A DNA stretch of 64,000 nt, taken from contig NC_068985.1 in assembly GCF_001194135.2 (NCBI RefSeq), positions 31,551,558-31,615,557 on the forward strand, written 5' to 3'. Numbering within the stretch: position 1 is the stretch's first letter; the number at the start of each line of letters is the position of its first letter. The DNA comes from Octopus bimaculoides (lineage: Eukaryota). This document shows, in pieces, positions 26,300-40,575 of the stretch. The translations under genes and the position numbers were made by a program. The notes under the pieces were generated by a model. The model did not search any database. It was not told the DNA's origin and saw only the letters and a program-made list of their open reading frames with translations.

Positions 26300-27230
26300 A
26301 TCCCCCTTGTTGCTAGCTTGGGTAGTAGCCCCGCTGAACATTTGCCACCATCTCTTTATTCTGGTTACCATACTGCTAATTAGGTTGTCTTGATAACAGA
26401 GGCTATCAACTACTTCTATAGAAGTTATTTTAGTAGCACTCTACCTGCTAACTTCACCAGTACATCTACAAGATAAGTTTTTATTTACTGTCAGTCAGCA
26501 TTTGACCCCACTACACTATTTGCACACCTCATACCCACATAGTGAATGTACACTATTGGGTATGAGGTGACTATGGTTCCACATTAAAACACTGGAGAAA
26601 CTCAATTAAGAGCTATTCTTTACAGATGATACTGCCCTTAGTTACTCACGCAGAGTCAATCCATTAATCATAAAACATCATGTTTTGCAAAAGCTGTCAA
26701 GCTCTTCACTCTGGATGTCAGCTTGAAGTTGACAGGAGCTTTCTATCAATCCAAATCTCAAGAAGATTGCCATGTTTTCTGCAACATCATCAGCAAGATG
26801 AATCTGAAGATAGCATACCAGTTCAGCATACCATTGTATCATGTCAAGTTCAAGAAAGAAATTAACAACAGACTAGTTAATGTAATCAGTGAATCTGGCA
26901 GGCTGTACAGAAGAGTTTGGAATCATTAGCAACTGATGAAAGGCCCAAAAGTTAAAGTGTAATAAGTTTTTCTACAAACCACCTTTATGTATGGCTCAGA
27001 GTCATAGGTTACCTGCCATCATTACCTGTGACTTCTTGAATTCAAGTACCTCACACATCTACTACAACTGAAGTCCTTGAACAAACAGATGCCACCTGCA
27101 TCGAGGCCATGCTAATAATGAGGCAGCTGTACTGAACAGAGCGCATTTACAGGGTGGAAAACCATTGGCTGCCCAAGACTGAGCTGTAAGCAAACTCTCC
27201 ACCAGTTATTGTGACAGGATAGAACTGAAG
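26300..27230 (+). mobile_element. Old RTE (BovB-like) LINE fragment, RT domain
   Basis: Degenerate FxDDTALVTH (TTTTACAGATGATACTGCCCTTAGTTACTCAC) and EINNRLVNVISESGRLYRRVWNH. Confidence 0.65.
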
Positions 27231-27447
27231 ATAAGATACAAAATGCCTCTCATGAAAACCCTTCCAGAAAACCTACCAGACTGACCTTCACAATACAGGA
27301 CATCATTGTGAAGTAAAATTGGATCTTTGGGGTTTGACGGGCAACATTTGTTTTCTTAATGAAACACTTTCAAACTTGGGACACTGGTAGAATGTGTCAT
27401 ATAAAACAACTTCTTCTCTTAACCTTCTTAACAAAAAATTGTACATT

Positions 27448-27839
27448 GCAAGTTATTTCATGGTAAAGTTGTCATATTTCTGTAATTTCAACCAATCACT
27501 GACGTCTATTCAGCTGTATACAGTTACTGCTGTTCGGTGTCAAGTGTGTTATTCCCTGTTTAATTATATCATTATTCCCTAGTAAGGGTTTAGGGTTTTA
27601 GGGTTAGGGTTCGTGTTTTAGGGTTAGGGTTTTAGGGTTAGGGTTTTAGGGTTAGGGTTGGGGTTAGGGTTAGGGTTATGGTTATGAGTTATAGGGTTAG
27701 AGTTAAGAACGGGACTAATTTTATTCAAGGGAAAAGATCCCATGACACCGTTACGGCATTAATTGTTTTCACTTCAATAGACGTCAGTGATTGGTTGAAA
27801 TTACCGAAATACGACAATTTTTTACATAAAATAACTTGC
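27448..27839. mobile_element. Inverted-repeat element (about 63-bp IRs) enclosing telomere-like repeats
   Basis: 27448-27510 (GCAAGTTATTT...AATTTCAACCAATCACTGACGTCTATT) is inverted at 27776-27839. Confidence 0.7.
27583..27706 (+). repeat. Interstitial (TTAGGG)n / (TTTTAGGG) variant array
   Basis: Read directly from the sequence; degenerate at both ends. Confidence 0.9.
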
Positions 27840-29075
27840 TAATAATTTTTTATTTTAATTCCTCTCATTTCCCTGACTAATAACTACTTTATTTGAGTTA
27901 TAACTTTTAAATATAAATTTAGAATACATTTTAACCTTTCCCAATCCACTGATAATATTCCTACATTTCTCTAGGTAATTCTGAGTCTCTTCTACCATAT
28001 TACTTTTTTGAAAACCTTAGCTTTAATTCTCTAATTTAGTCCTGTTCGTCTAACTTTATTCCTCCCCCTTTTTTCTTCCTCCTTCTTCCCCCCATTCTTT
28101 TTGTTCTGGTTTTGGCCATTAATATTATGGTTTTACTCATAAATAATATCCCTCTTCTATTACCCCACATTAATGTATATCTTATTTTAACTATAAATGT
28201 TTATCTTGTTCTAATTTAATTATTAATGTTCACTATGGTTTTAAACTTAGTACTTTAGTGTTTCGTTGTATTATTCTAAATATACTGCAGAATAGATATA
28301 TTTCTTTAATACCTTGACCTTAATTCCCTTACCTTAAATTTTCTCTAACCACTCCTTAGGGTATTGTCCTTCCATTTTTTTTTTCTTAACTCATGCTTGA
28401 TTTACTCCTAACCTGCTGTCCATCACTACTTAATCTACCTTCCTCTAAATTTGAAATTACTACTACCCCTCTGATTAGATTATATNNNNNNNNNNNNNNN
28501 NNNNNNNNNNNNNNNNNNNNNNNNNNNNNNNNNNNNNNNNNNNNNNNNNNNNNNNNNNNNNNNNNNNNNNNNNNNNNNNNNNNNNNNNNNNNNNNNNNNN
28601 NNNNNNNNNNNNNNNNNNNNNNNNNNNNNNNNNNNNNNNNNNNNNNNNNNNNNNNNNNNNNNNNNNNNNNNNNNNNNNNNNNNNNNNNNNNNNNNNNNNN
28701 NNNNNNNNNNNNNNNNNNNNNNNNNNNNNNNNNNNNNNNNNNNNNNNNNNNNNNNNNNNNNNNNNNNNNNNNNNNNNNNNNNNNNNNNNNNNNNNNNNNN
28801 NNNNNNNNNNNNNNNNNNNNNNNNNNNNNNNNNNNNNNNNNNNNNNNNNNNNNNNNNNNNNNNNNNNNNNNNNNNNNNNNNNNNNNNNNNNNNNNNNNNN
28901 NNNNNNNNNNNNNNNNNNNNNNNNNNNNNNNNNNNNNNNNNNNNNNNNNNNNNNNNNNNNNNNNNNNNNNNNNNNNNNNNNNNNNNNNNNNNNNNNNNNN
29001 NNNNNNNNNNNNNNNNNNNNNNNNNNNNNNNNNNNNNNNNNNNNNNNNNNNNNNNNNNNNNNNNNNNNNNNNNNN

Positions 29076-29118
<43 letters not shown>

Positions 29119-29597
29119 ATAGAATAGACATATACAATGGGTTATATACATTTACTTATGTATTATAGGATTACAGTTGTTTCAAATATGCATTTGGGTG
29201 AGTTAACTTTTATCAATTGATTGATTGATGAACTGAAAATATAGGGAATGACCCTTACAATATCTTTGTCAAAGAAGGAAAAAATCAAATGCAAAAGCAA
29301 AACAAGAATAAAGAAAAGCGGATGAAATTTGGTCAGTGTAGCTTTTATACAGAACTAGATTGCTTGTTTTTAGACATCAACCATAAGCTATTGTTCTCTT
29401 ATATTATTGACATCTAGTAAAGAAATTTGATACATCACAACCTCTTTATGGCCAGTAGCAGGCTTTTGGCATTTACTACTATATTTTTGGAAGCTAAGTG
29501 AACGGGAAATATTTGAAAATATACAAACCAAAAGATAATTATGGTATTGCTAATTATTTAAGCCTTAAGTATCAACATGTATCTAATTAATTACCAG

Positions 29598-30828
29598 TAT
29601 TGGGTCATCTCATAAATAATGTGTCTTTTTATACATCTTTTATTTTTCAAAATTAAAATAAACAAAGTTCTTTTTTAATCTAAAATATACTCTCCTTCAT
29701 TTTCTACGATGCTCTTCCACCTATCTGGTAGATTTGCAAGGCCCCTCTTCCAAAGTGTATTTTGGAAAATACTCCTCCAGTACTGTTCTGACCTCATCTA
29801 CAGAATTCATATTTTTTTCCATCCAAATGATTTTGACAGCTGCTGAATAAATGATAATCAGATGGGGCAATATCTGGTGAATATGGTGGCTGGGGCATCA
29901 TTTCCTATTCAAACTGCTTCAGCCTTTGGAATGTCATCCTTGCTGCATGTGGCCAAGCATTATCATGATGGGAGAACACCTTTCATCTTGAAACCAAAGA
30001 TAGTCATTTTACTTCTAGCACTCAAACTGCTCGCAGTAGATCTCCTTTGTTATCATTTGGTTTGGATTTAAAAGTGCAAAATAGACTAAACCTTTCATAT
30101 CCCACCAAACAGATAACACCTTACATGGGTGATAACCTTCTTTAGCCTGGGGTACCAGTGTTTCTCCTTTCCTTATCTACAGTTTCGGTACTTGACATTT
30201 TTATAGAGAACCCATTTCTTGTCACCAGTCACTATTCAGTCGAAAAAAAGATTAATTTGTGAGATGTGACAGCAAAGAAGAGCACACATTTACTAACTGC
30301 ACGTGATTAGACTTGGAAAGCTTGTGAGGAATCCATTGACTCAATTTGCTGACTTTTTTGATGGCGTGCAGACATCAATGAATGGTTGAGTGACCAAATT
30401 CAAGCTTCTCTACTTGTTCGTCAACAGTTACGATGGGATTTGTTCCACCAAAGAGGACGTTCTCTTTGAGTTCTACAGATCTTCCAGGATGAAGCTCATC
30501 TTCTAGGCTGTAGTTTCTGGCTCAGAATTTCTGGAACCACTGTTGACACTGGCTTACACTTATTGTCTGATTCCCATATGCTGCATTAATATTCCTTGCA
30601 CTTTCCATTGTGTTGTTGCCTTTATTGAACTCATAAAGCAAAATATGCCAAATAAGCTCCTTTGTCGCTTCCATTATAGCTTTGAAAAACTAACTGTTAA
30701 AATCGAACTGCACTCTTCAAAACTTGCACTAAGAATAAGGAGAAGGTAAAATTACTACCTGCTTTTATAGCAAGTTGATGCAGGTAGTTTATTCCATCCC
30801 CCTCCAACTTTTAGTTTATGACCCAATA
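29598..30828 (-). mobile_element. Near full-length degenerate mariner (DD34D-type) transposon
   Basis: Inverted ends TATTGGGTCAT (29598-29608) and ATGACCCAATA (30818-30828). Minus-strand motifs: HTH, WIPHKL, IVTGDKKWVLY, HHDNAWPHAA and QPPYSPDIAPSDYHLF, with stops and frameshifts. Confidence 0.92.
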
Positions 30829-31066
30829 CAAAACAGTTAACAGAAATAGAACTAGTAACCGGGGATTGTAAATAAACAAACTATAACAGGTAACTAGATG
30901 TAATCCAGATTCTAAGACTATCATTGGTACAGCTGCAATAAAAAATGATTCTTAAATAGGGTGGCAGAGTAAATTACACAAATGCTAAGTGAAGAATATA
31001 AACCCAAAACAAAATTGAATAAAACCAAAGCAAAACATAAGCAAGAAAAATGCAAACAAAAATGAC

Positions 31067-31133
<67 letters not shown>

Positions 31134-31479
31134 CAATGGCCTTGTAAATTTTGTAAGAAAACCATATGAAGTTTCAAAACTGCTAGCACAAAAGATTAAT
31201 TCAATTCATCCTTTTTCTATGATTATAGAATATTAACAATTGAAACTAGTATGATCTTTTGACAAAAATGTAAATATTTTGTTTGTTTTTTTCCTGATAA
31301 CATTCTCAAAACTTTTACTTCGTTTATTTTTAATATAAATTTTCTCATGTGAAACTTTTTGACTACTTCAATACACATACAATTATATATAATTATACAC
31401 ACACACATGTTTATATATATATATATATTCATAATACACATACACCCACATGTTTATGTATAAAATTATACGTGCAACT

Positions 31480-31800
31480 TCTACTTGCCCTCCCTAATTA
31501 TGTCACCATACTTCCTTGGACACATTACCTTGTGAATATGCCCTGGTCCCTCATCATCATCTTATCTATTTCTCCACCACACCAGTCTACCTACCCATAT
31601 ATAGCATGGAGTAGTATTGCATCTCCTCCTACGTTATATGAAATATGACCATTAAACAATATTCCAACACTTTTTGAATATACTCTTGAATCAATACTTT
31701 ACAAGTGGAAAATGGAGTTGCTACACATGAACGGGCAAACCATCTGAAACTACATAACACTCTCTTGAAGATGAGGATCAGATGTTTACATCCTACATTT
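31480..31800 (+). mobile_element. Probable Penelope-like 3' remnant with a broken hammerhead motif
   Basis: Pyrimidine-rich segment ending TTGAAGATG-AGGAT..ATCCT (31765-31794), with the GAAA half missing. Confidence 0.3.
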
Positions 31801-32400
31801 TCAGACATCATGCTAACAATAAATTCAAGATGGTAATGTCTAGATTACTGATCAAACAATTCTTTTGATCAGCTATTTTTCTTTAATAGATCTACTTGAT
31901 CAGAGCTGACCAGGATCATTCAACAATAATAAGTTCCAATTAACAGAGGAGAAAATAAAAAAACATAAATTATACAAACCATGCTGTGCTTTCTTGAATC
32001 TTTTGAATTGATCAATACAGAAGTTAATTGAAAGACTATATAGTTTTATTTTTCAATTTTTGTCTTACTTCACAAATGTCTTACCTAGATACAAGTTCAG
32101 ACATTTTTCTTTTGGTTGAGAACAGTTGATCATATCAACCCTTTAACCTGATTGGAATTTCAATTCTAGTCCATCAATCCCTGAAGGATGAAAGACAAAA
32201 CTGACCTCAATGGGATTTGAATGCAAAATGTAAAGAGCCATAGCAAATACTGTATGACATTTTGTTTTTTACTCTAATGATTCTGCCAACTCATCACCAT
32301 AGATAAAGTAGATGATGATGATGAGGTCAGTTTTGTCTCAATACATACAGAACAAATGAAAATATGTGAGAAATATTCATGTGCTCAATTTTATCATCAA

Positions 32401-33538
32401 CTAGCAGTTGCTCGGGATTAAGCTAGGATTATTAAATGATTAAGTCCTTTATTTCAAACCAAAATAAGTAACATCGACATCAGATTTGAGTGAAATCCGT
32501 TGAAATTGGTTTGGCTGAAAATGGTTTGCTGGCAATTTGATTGGGAAATCCCATAAGGAATCAGTTTATTGGTTATTTTCACTTATTGACTCTTTTTTTA
32601 AATGTTGCATTAGAGATCTGCATAGGAGAAGGTTGATCTGAAGGTTTGCATTGGGGATCTGGATTGGAGTAACTTAGGAAAGCTTACCAACAACCTTAAC
32701 CAAAAANNNNNNNNNNNNNNNNNNNNNNNNNNNNNNNNNNNNNNNNNNNNNNNNNNNNNNNNNNNNNNNNNNNNNNNNNNNNNNNNNNNNNNNNNNNNNN
32801 NNNNNNNNNNNNNNNNNNNNNNNNNNNNNNNNNNNNNNNNNNNNNNNNNNNNNNNNNNNNNNNNNNNNNNNNNNNNNNNNNNNNNNNNNNNNNNNNNNNN
32901 NNNNNNNNNNNNNNNNNNNNNNNNNNNNNNNNNNNNNNNNNNNNNNNNNNNNNNNNNNNNNNNNNNNNNNNNNNNNNNNNNNNNNNNNNNNNNNNNNNNN
33001 NNNNNNNNNNNNNNNNNNNNNNNNNNNNNNNNNNNNNNNNNNNNNNNNNNNNNNNNNNNNNNNNNNNNNNNNNNNNNNNNNNNNNNNNNNNNNNNNNNNN
33101 NNNNNNNNNNNNNNNNNNNNNNNNNNNNNNNNNNNNNNNNNNNNNNNNNNNNNNNNNNNNGACGCTTGGCAAACACTCTGTTTCTCCCCTTGTCACAAAC
33201 ACACTATTTCTTTCTTTCTCTCTTTTTTCTTTCTCTCTCTCTTTCTTTCTTTCTTTCTCTCTCTTTCTTTCTTTCTCTCTCTCTCTTGCTCTCTCTCCTT
33301 CATGCGCGTACGCACAGATTTGACTTCGCCATGTCAACAAACTTCAAAATTGGTAAAAGTTTATCGATTTTTACAGCTATACGCGGGTGCCTCTGTGAGA
33401 AAAAGTTGACAAAAACACAGCTAGGGTCATGAACAATGTCCTCCTAAAATTGGAGCGACATGCGTGCTAATTTGTGGACGTGCATAACCCACATCACGTA
33501 CACACACACACAAACATCTTGTGTTTTATAGATATTGA
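32401..33538 (-). mobile_element. Non-autonomous Helitron-like element spanning an assembly gap
   Basis: Minus-strand 5' end A|TCAATATCTATAAAA followed by (TG)n. The 3' end is TCCCGAGCAACTG-CTAG|T (plus 32401-32404). Confidence 0.55.
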
Positions 33539-34701
33539 TTATTCATTTGTCAATCTGCATGTATTGAGAATTTTACCATCCCCACACTTATCCATTTATA
33601 TCCACTATTAATCTGGTGAACTGGATTATAAATTATATTAATGAAATATGTTATTTATTTTTGAGAAAACATTAACCATGACACATTATATAAAAAGAAC
33701 ATATGACTTTACAGGACCTTCCACTACACATAGTTGTCTCAAATATCACAATCGGAATTTATGTGGTTAACATAATTAAATCTTGTAGTATATTTGAAAT
33801 CTCATTCAAAATCATTAATAGTTTTTAATTCTGTACAGTTCTAAAATCTAATAAGAGTAAATTTTTCTAATGGTTTGGTGTAGAAAAAGAGACTGTACCC
33901 ATGGCTTTTGTAAGACAGGTAAGGTCTTAAAAGGTATTCATTGATATTCATTTTGAATCAATGACTATAGAAAAAAACATGAGCAGGAAGGAACATCTGA
34001 GGAGCTGACATTCTGGACAGAAAGGATTGGGAATAATGGTTTGTATAGACCCTAACAATGCAGATGTATTTTTAATGATAAGAAAGACAAGTTGAGTAGG
34101 TTTGAATGGAAGTGGTTTGAGACCATCAAACTATGAGGAGGAAACATCACTACAGCTGTGATAAAGAAAGCAAGAGTGAGGAGACAGCAAATCTGTGGAG
34201 AAGAGGTAACAGTTTGTTGATAAACAACTTCATATCGATCTGATATCAAGTGTACTGACATTGTCTTTGCTAAATTTCTCAAGGAAGAGGCCCTTCTAAT
34301 GATGCAATAGAAGCACAGGTCTCCATAGGAAATCATGTGCTTGATTCTTGGTATTATTAACTACATTTTGCTAAAAATAAATAAACCATTACTTTGTTTG
34401 AGACGCTTTATATGTCAGATTACTTGGTACTAGTAGATATGAAAGGGACAAAGAATATCTCTGAAACAAATTTTGGTTAGACTGTTGTTCTATGAAGCTG
34501 AACTCATTCAAAGAAATTGCAAAATAAAAGTATTAAGTAAAAGTTACAGGGACATACTTATCTGGCAAGTGATTTTATAATAATCACTGCAATGGAAGTA
34601 TGTTAGTTACCAGGTTGCAACTTGTATAGCAAAAATTTTGACACTAAATAATAAATATTTAAGTGAAGTTAACAGTTTCTGTGTATATTTGAATGCTGTA
34701 A

Positions 34702-35020
34702 TCTTTATATATAAAACACAGGATGTGTGAAATTTTATACATGCATTACCTAGGGTCCATGGAATGTCATGTGCCAAAAACATTTTCAATTTCTTGCCTA
34801 CTGCGGGCCCAGGGGCAAATAAACTGCATTTTTTAAGCATTTTTGTAGTGCTAAGGCCCATAACTTAAAGAATATCCAGTCACCTTCCTCCAAATTTGCA
34901 ACAAAGATTAATCAGGCTCCTCGAATTGCTCTTGACTAAAAACAATTTCTGACACTGACTATGCGCACCCGCCACCAAATGCAGATTAATCAGATTCGAG
35001 TATATTGCACTGGATTTTAT
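34702..35020 (+). mobile_element. Possible non-autonomous Helitron (5' end visible)
   Basis: A|TCTTTATATATAAAA 5' motif. The 3' end is degenerate and lacks a clear CTAG. Confidence 0.3.
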
Positions 35021-35493
35021 CTTTGTTTTAGACCATTTTCTGATGATAAAATATTGACACTACTTATGCATTATAAGTAGCATATAATATTTCATGAAAA
35101 CCTTTTTGTCCAATTTGGCAGAGGAAATGAGAACATTAAAATTCTTGTTGGTGCTCTGTTGAAGCTTCATGTTACCATCCCATGCACCACCGGGCCATGT
35201 GCATGTGTGGCTGGGTAAAGGCACAACAAACCCATTCATCCATTTTCCCGAAGTGCCCTGTTGATGATTCACATTTCCAATCCTGTGCAACATAGCATGG
35301 CCTAGCAGTATGTTTGCTTTCTATGTCATCCATATCAGAACTATATAATGCAAAAAGGTTCATACAAAAAAGCAAGCTGTTGTTGTGACTCACAGCCATT
35401 TGAGTTTGACCATGTGACCACTTCCGGAAACTATGCTTGCCCCCTGCAATTAGTCCCCCTCTGTGTTCCCTCCCCATTTAGATGGATGAGTAA

Positions 35494-35870
35494 ATACAGG
35501 GTGTCCCAGAATTAATGATGATTTGAGTGAAATCAGATGCATTTTTAAAAAAACTCACTTTTATTTATGTTTATCATGTTTAATATGTGTAAAAAGTGTA
35601 TAAATTTTGAATTTTGTTTATAATTTTATTTTCATTCCTGTTGGACCCCTCGTATTTGTCCATGACAGCTTTTTTCAATTTGGCAGGCAATCATTTTCTT
35701 TACCTCCATCCCCAAGATGGAGCAATCATTTAGTTGAGCTTAAAAAACACATTCAGTTAGCAGTGCAGGAGCCAACTCCAGAAATGCTTCAAAATGTGTT
35801 TCACAATGCTAAGGTGAGATTTGAAGTATGCAGGGATACAGACATGTTAAAAATTTTCAATAAAAGTTTA
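35494..35870 (+). mobile_element. Tc1/mariner-superfamily remnant (Tc3/maT-like C-terminus)
   Basis: TACAGGGTGTCC TIR-like start. The segment LVELKKHIQLAVQEPTPEMLQNVFHNAKVRFEVC resembles the transposase C-terminal helix pattern. Confidence 0.5.
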
Positions 35871-36212
35871 ATGTAAGAACAACAACAATTGCAGCGTGGA
35901 AGGTGTTTATAAGCCATTAAAAATAATAAAAAACACACAAAAACCGTTAGATTCACTTCAACATTTAAATTTAATTTGTCAAAATATTTTTGACACTTTG
36001 AGACTGCGAGCTGTTCACAGACAAAATTCCGAGATGCAGCACGGAATTTTGTCAGTAAACAGGTTGTGGTCTGAAAGCAATGAAAATATTTTGACAAATT
36101 AAATTTAAATGTTTAAGTGAATCTAACGGGTTTTGTGTGTGTGTGTGTGTGTGTTTTTTTAAAATGGCTTATAAACACCTTCCATGCTGCAATTGTTTTT
36201 GTTTCAGTACAT
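35871..36212. mobile_element. Foldback (near-palindromic) MITE, about 340 bp
   Basis: Arms ACAATTGCAGCGTGGAAGGTGTTTATAAGCCATT...TTTGTCAAAATATTT are matched in reverse. Inner stem GACAAAATTCCG/CGGAATTTTGTC. Confidence 0.85.
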
Positions 36213-37369
36213 GAGCTCAGATCAGGTCACTTGCTATGCAGGCATATCTCCGTAATGTAAGATTTATAAATCTGTTTGTTTTGGTAACAAACATAAAATT
36301 CTGTCAGTTTTTAAAAAATTTTCTCAATTTCATTGAAACAGATAGTTAATTCTGGAAATCCCTGCTTGGTGTAGCATTGTGAGTTGTTGCATTGCTCAAG
36401 TAAATATGAAAATCAAAGGTCTTCTCACCATAAACATCCCATCTTTTTGTTATCAAGGAGTATATTCAAGGAGTATATATCAGGGAGTATATATCAAGGA
36501 GTATATTATCCAAAACGTATCTCTCCTTTATAGGTGTGGCTGTGTGGTTGAGAAGCTTGCTTTCCAACCATGTCGCCTTGGGTTCAGTCTCACTGTGTGG
36601 CACATTGGGCAATTCTGTTTCATTACAGCTCTGTGCGGATTAAAGCCTTGCATATTACATAATTGCCATTACTGTATTGATATATAAAATAACACATACA
36701 GCTCACTTATTATTGTCATATAATAAACAAACAGAAGTTAGTGTATGAAATTAATCTTTTTTCTACTTCAATTATTACATGTTTTTTTCTTATAAAATAC
36801 ACACATACAGGAGAAGTAAATCTCTATATATAATGACACTTTGAATGTGGCTCCCTAGAAAGAGTAAAAATAATTACCCAATCAATGATGGGTACTACTG
36901 CTAGTTGTAAATAAAAGTGCTTAACCAGGAACTGTCTGTTTTCACATTTTCATTCTGTTTTTCCTAAAAATTCTATAGAAATTTTTGCCATATAATTTGT
37001 AATTAAATGGTTTTAAAGATAGGGTAGAATAAATAGTAATGGGGTAAAAAGTGATTAATGGATAAAATACTCCAAAATGTAATTTGGACTATTATAGATA
37101 TCATAGGGTGGTTTATTTACAGGTTATTCACTATTGAAACAAAAAACAAAACATGGAGGGACTGAGATCAATATTAAGCTAAACAAAAGCATCAATCAAT
37201 TTATACAGTCCTTCTGCTTTATAGAGATGTAATGTATGTCATAAAAACAGCTGTTTACATCTCGGTGAACTGTATTATATAGAGCACAGTACTGGTGTTA
37301 GAACACTACAAATTTGTCCAAAATCCTTAGATGTAATAATTTTTTGGACTATTAAAGTACATCATCATT

Positions 37370-37745
37370 GTCATCATCATCCTTGTTTTAATGCTCACTT
37401 CTCTATGCTTACATGGGTTACATGGAATTCATTGTAACAGATTTTCTACATCTGAACGCTCTCCCTGTTGCCAACTCTTACCTGTCTTCAAGCAACATAA
37501 TATTTCCCCATGACTGGACATGCTTTCATAGAAGGCTGGAAATGAATGATACTGCTTGTAAGATGATCACACACACGGCAGGCTTCTTTCAGTTTCTGTT
37601 TTCTAGATCCACTCACATGGCAATGATCAGTGTGAGGCTATTGTAGAAGAGACTTGAACAAGGCATTGTGCAATCACACTGAACCTAAAACCACATAGGT
37701 GGGAAGTGAACTTCTTATCCATACAGCCATGTCTGTGCTTGTTAT
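37370..37745 (-). mobile_element. tRNA-derived SINE, degenerate
   Basis: Reverse homolog of 14451-14880. Confidence 0.65.
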
Positions 37746-38816
37746 GCATATTTACAAAATCTATATATCAATAACCATAATCCTGTGTCTGTTCCTGGAT
37801 TAAACCCATTAAAAACAAACACAGTAAATACAGAAAGCATGCACTCCAAAGATGATGATAGACCAGAAAATTGTAATCTTAATAACAACTCATCTCAAAC
37901 AATAAGATATTTATCGTCCTTTTACCCAGCTCCTTTTTAACTCAGGCTATGGCACTTCTCAGGGTGAGTGGAAATACATCATATATACTTATACTTTGAG
38001 AATGATAAAAGTAAATAGTTAAGTTTTTAAAATACCATAAATAATATAGTAGGAACCATAAATAGTATGCAGGGAATACACTGTTGCAATACTGCTTAAT
38101 TTTAAAACAGAAATTTAAAAGACAAGTGACTTCTAGAAAACTCTAAATCCTAAAACGACAGTATTTTGAGGAATATTAATACATTGCTAATCATCCAGAT
38201 TAGTTACTGCACTATTAAAGATTAGGTTCACTTAGCACTGCATTCCATATTTAATTAATATTAACTAATTAAACTTTTGGAATTATCCCTCACAGTTTTT
38301 TTTTCATACCAGAAATGATTGTTTTCATCATTAAGGCTATAATATAAATTAATTAAAATTTCTTTGCTCACTTATTTACTAACACCCACTTTACCCATAA
38401 TAGTGTTTATTGACAATCTATAGATGTTGACTGTTTAAGTTTCATTTTCATCCAACAGTGAGTGGGGAAGATTCAATCTTATTCTATGAGTTTATTAGTC
38501 ACAATACCTTAGTGGTACAATTTCATCAACCCAAGAAATTTAGAAAAGTATTTTGAGAGAAAATATATGAACACTATGTTACCAATCTGTCTTTAATAAA
38601 ATATAATATATTTATTTATATAAAATTTGATCAAGTATTTTATTGATAAGAGAAGAAATAGTCTTTTGATTAACCTAATGCTATGAAATCAACAAAAGAC
38701 ATTGCAGGTTTCTAATAAGGAGATCATGTATATGTATGGGTGTGTATGAATGTATGTATATATACATATATATATGTATATGTGTGTGTGTATGTATGTA
38801 TGTATACATGTATGTA

Positions 38817-38852
<36 letters not shown>

Positions 38853-38862
38853 NNNNNNNNNN

Positions 38863-38899
<37 letters not shown>

Positions 38900-39239
38900 A
38901 AAACCAGCAATTTTCCACATGAATCAATAAATATTTTTAAACATACAAAATACTTATTTTAATTAATGTTAGGACTTGATGTGTTTATCCATGAGAATAT
39001 ACTTATACATATATGTGGAAAAATGAAAGTTCAAAATTCATATGCAGATATGTGTACATGTTTCACTGTGTACATGCATATGCAGATGATAATATAGTAT
39101 TATATAAGTGTGCATCAGCAATTATTTAGTGTGTGTGTGTGTGTGTGTGTATTTATTTGGTTAAGCATGTTTAAAGTTGCATGGGAAAAAATGCCTAATG
39201 TAAACATGTAAACATATTGTATGCATTAGGCAAACATAC

Positions 39240-39950
39240 AGTTAACACAAATAAAAATAATACAGGCATGTTTTCTTATCATAATGATTCTGGTCAACTT
39301 TTGCAAATATTATAAGTTGTCGAGGTAATAAATAACAAAATAGATAACTACAATAATTAGAGTAAGAGTATACAATTACAGAGGTGGAAGAAATATGAGG
39401 AAGGAATGGATTGTAAGAAGTGGGAAGTGTTTGGGAAGTGAGAGAAAGATGGAGGAAGATTAAAAATCACAGATAAATGTGCAGGAGGAGAAAAAGAAGA
39501 GCAATTGATGCTTCATCCAAAGAAAGAGGAGGGACAGAAGGTATAGAGGAGGGAATTATATGATTGGCACTGTTTCAATCACTGTGATAAGGCTAGCTTG
39601 GAAATTGTTGCTGTTACTGCTGCTGTTGTAGATTCTATGGATATTGTTCAAAAGAAATTAACTTATTTGTCATTGTAGAAGTAGTCACAAGAGGTGGGGA
39701 CAAATGAACAGAAAATAAAATATATTTCCACATGTCTGCAAGAGTTATAGCCAGGCAATAGAGGGGGCGGCTGTAATAGAAGAAGTAATCCATAGTGAAG
39801 GCGTATGCTGATACAGATGTGTATAAATATCAGCTATGTTGGAACCTTCATTAAAAGCTCCCACACAATCTAGTAGAAAAGGGGAAAATTGCTGCAACAT
39901 TGTAACGGGCATAGAAAGAAAAAAGTAACAAATTTCTGCAGTTTGATCTT
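39240..39950 (-). mobile_element. Possible ancient Penelope-like fragment
   Basis: Weak minus-strand resemblance to the PLE RT-thumb region, followed by a pyrimidine-rich tail. Heavily decayed. Confidence 0.25.
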
Positions 39951-40575
39951 AGCATCACTTCGCCTCCAATCAGTAAGTTAACTTTTATTTATTATTGAAT
40001 TCAACTTGAGTTACAACAAAAACATTGTTTTCACAACAATTTATAACTAACATCTAGATTTCTAGCCTGTGACTTAACAACATTTATCTTAGATATATAA
40101 ATAGCAAGATAGTTTGAAGAAAATAAGAGTAAAAAAATAAAGAGTCCAGAAAGTTGAATAGATGGAAGTTTTAGGTTATTTAGGTAACTAATTTCATTTT
40201 GAAGTCTAGCATTTGCAGGAAAAATATCTAAACACATTTTATTAATTTTGCTACATCAAATATTAAGAAAGTAAGTTTATTAAATTTTCCTAATTCAATA
40301 ATCTATAAATAGTATTAAATAATTTTTTAATGAGATATAAAAAGATATATTTGCATGAATAAAATAAAAGATACATGTTTTTCTGATATACATTTAGTAA
40401 ATTAATAATTTATGAAATCTCAAATATTTAATTATATGCTGCTTTCATTTTTACCTTAGAAAAAAAAAAAAAAAAGAGAGAGATGGTTCAAAATTTAAAA
40501 ACTTCCTTACAATTAAAAAAAAAGTTAAAAAGCCAAAAAAAAAAAAAAGGTGAAACTTGGCACTTAGTATTGGAT

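Noticed and set aside
27225-27262. CTGAAGA...GAAAAC motif after the RTE fragment
   Set aside because: Stems I and II do not pair convincingly, so it is not called a hammerhead.
33870-34330. Possible LINE endonuclease remnant (also 44160-44460 and 46060-46300)
   Set aside because: Motifs are too degenerate to assign by eye.
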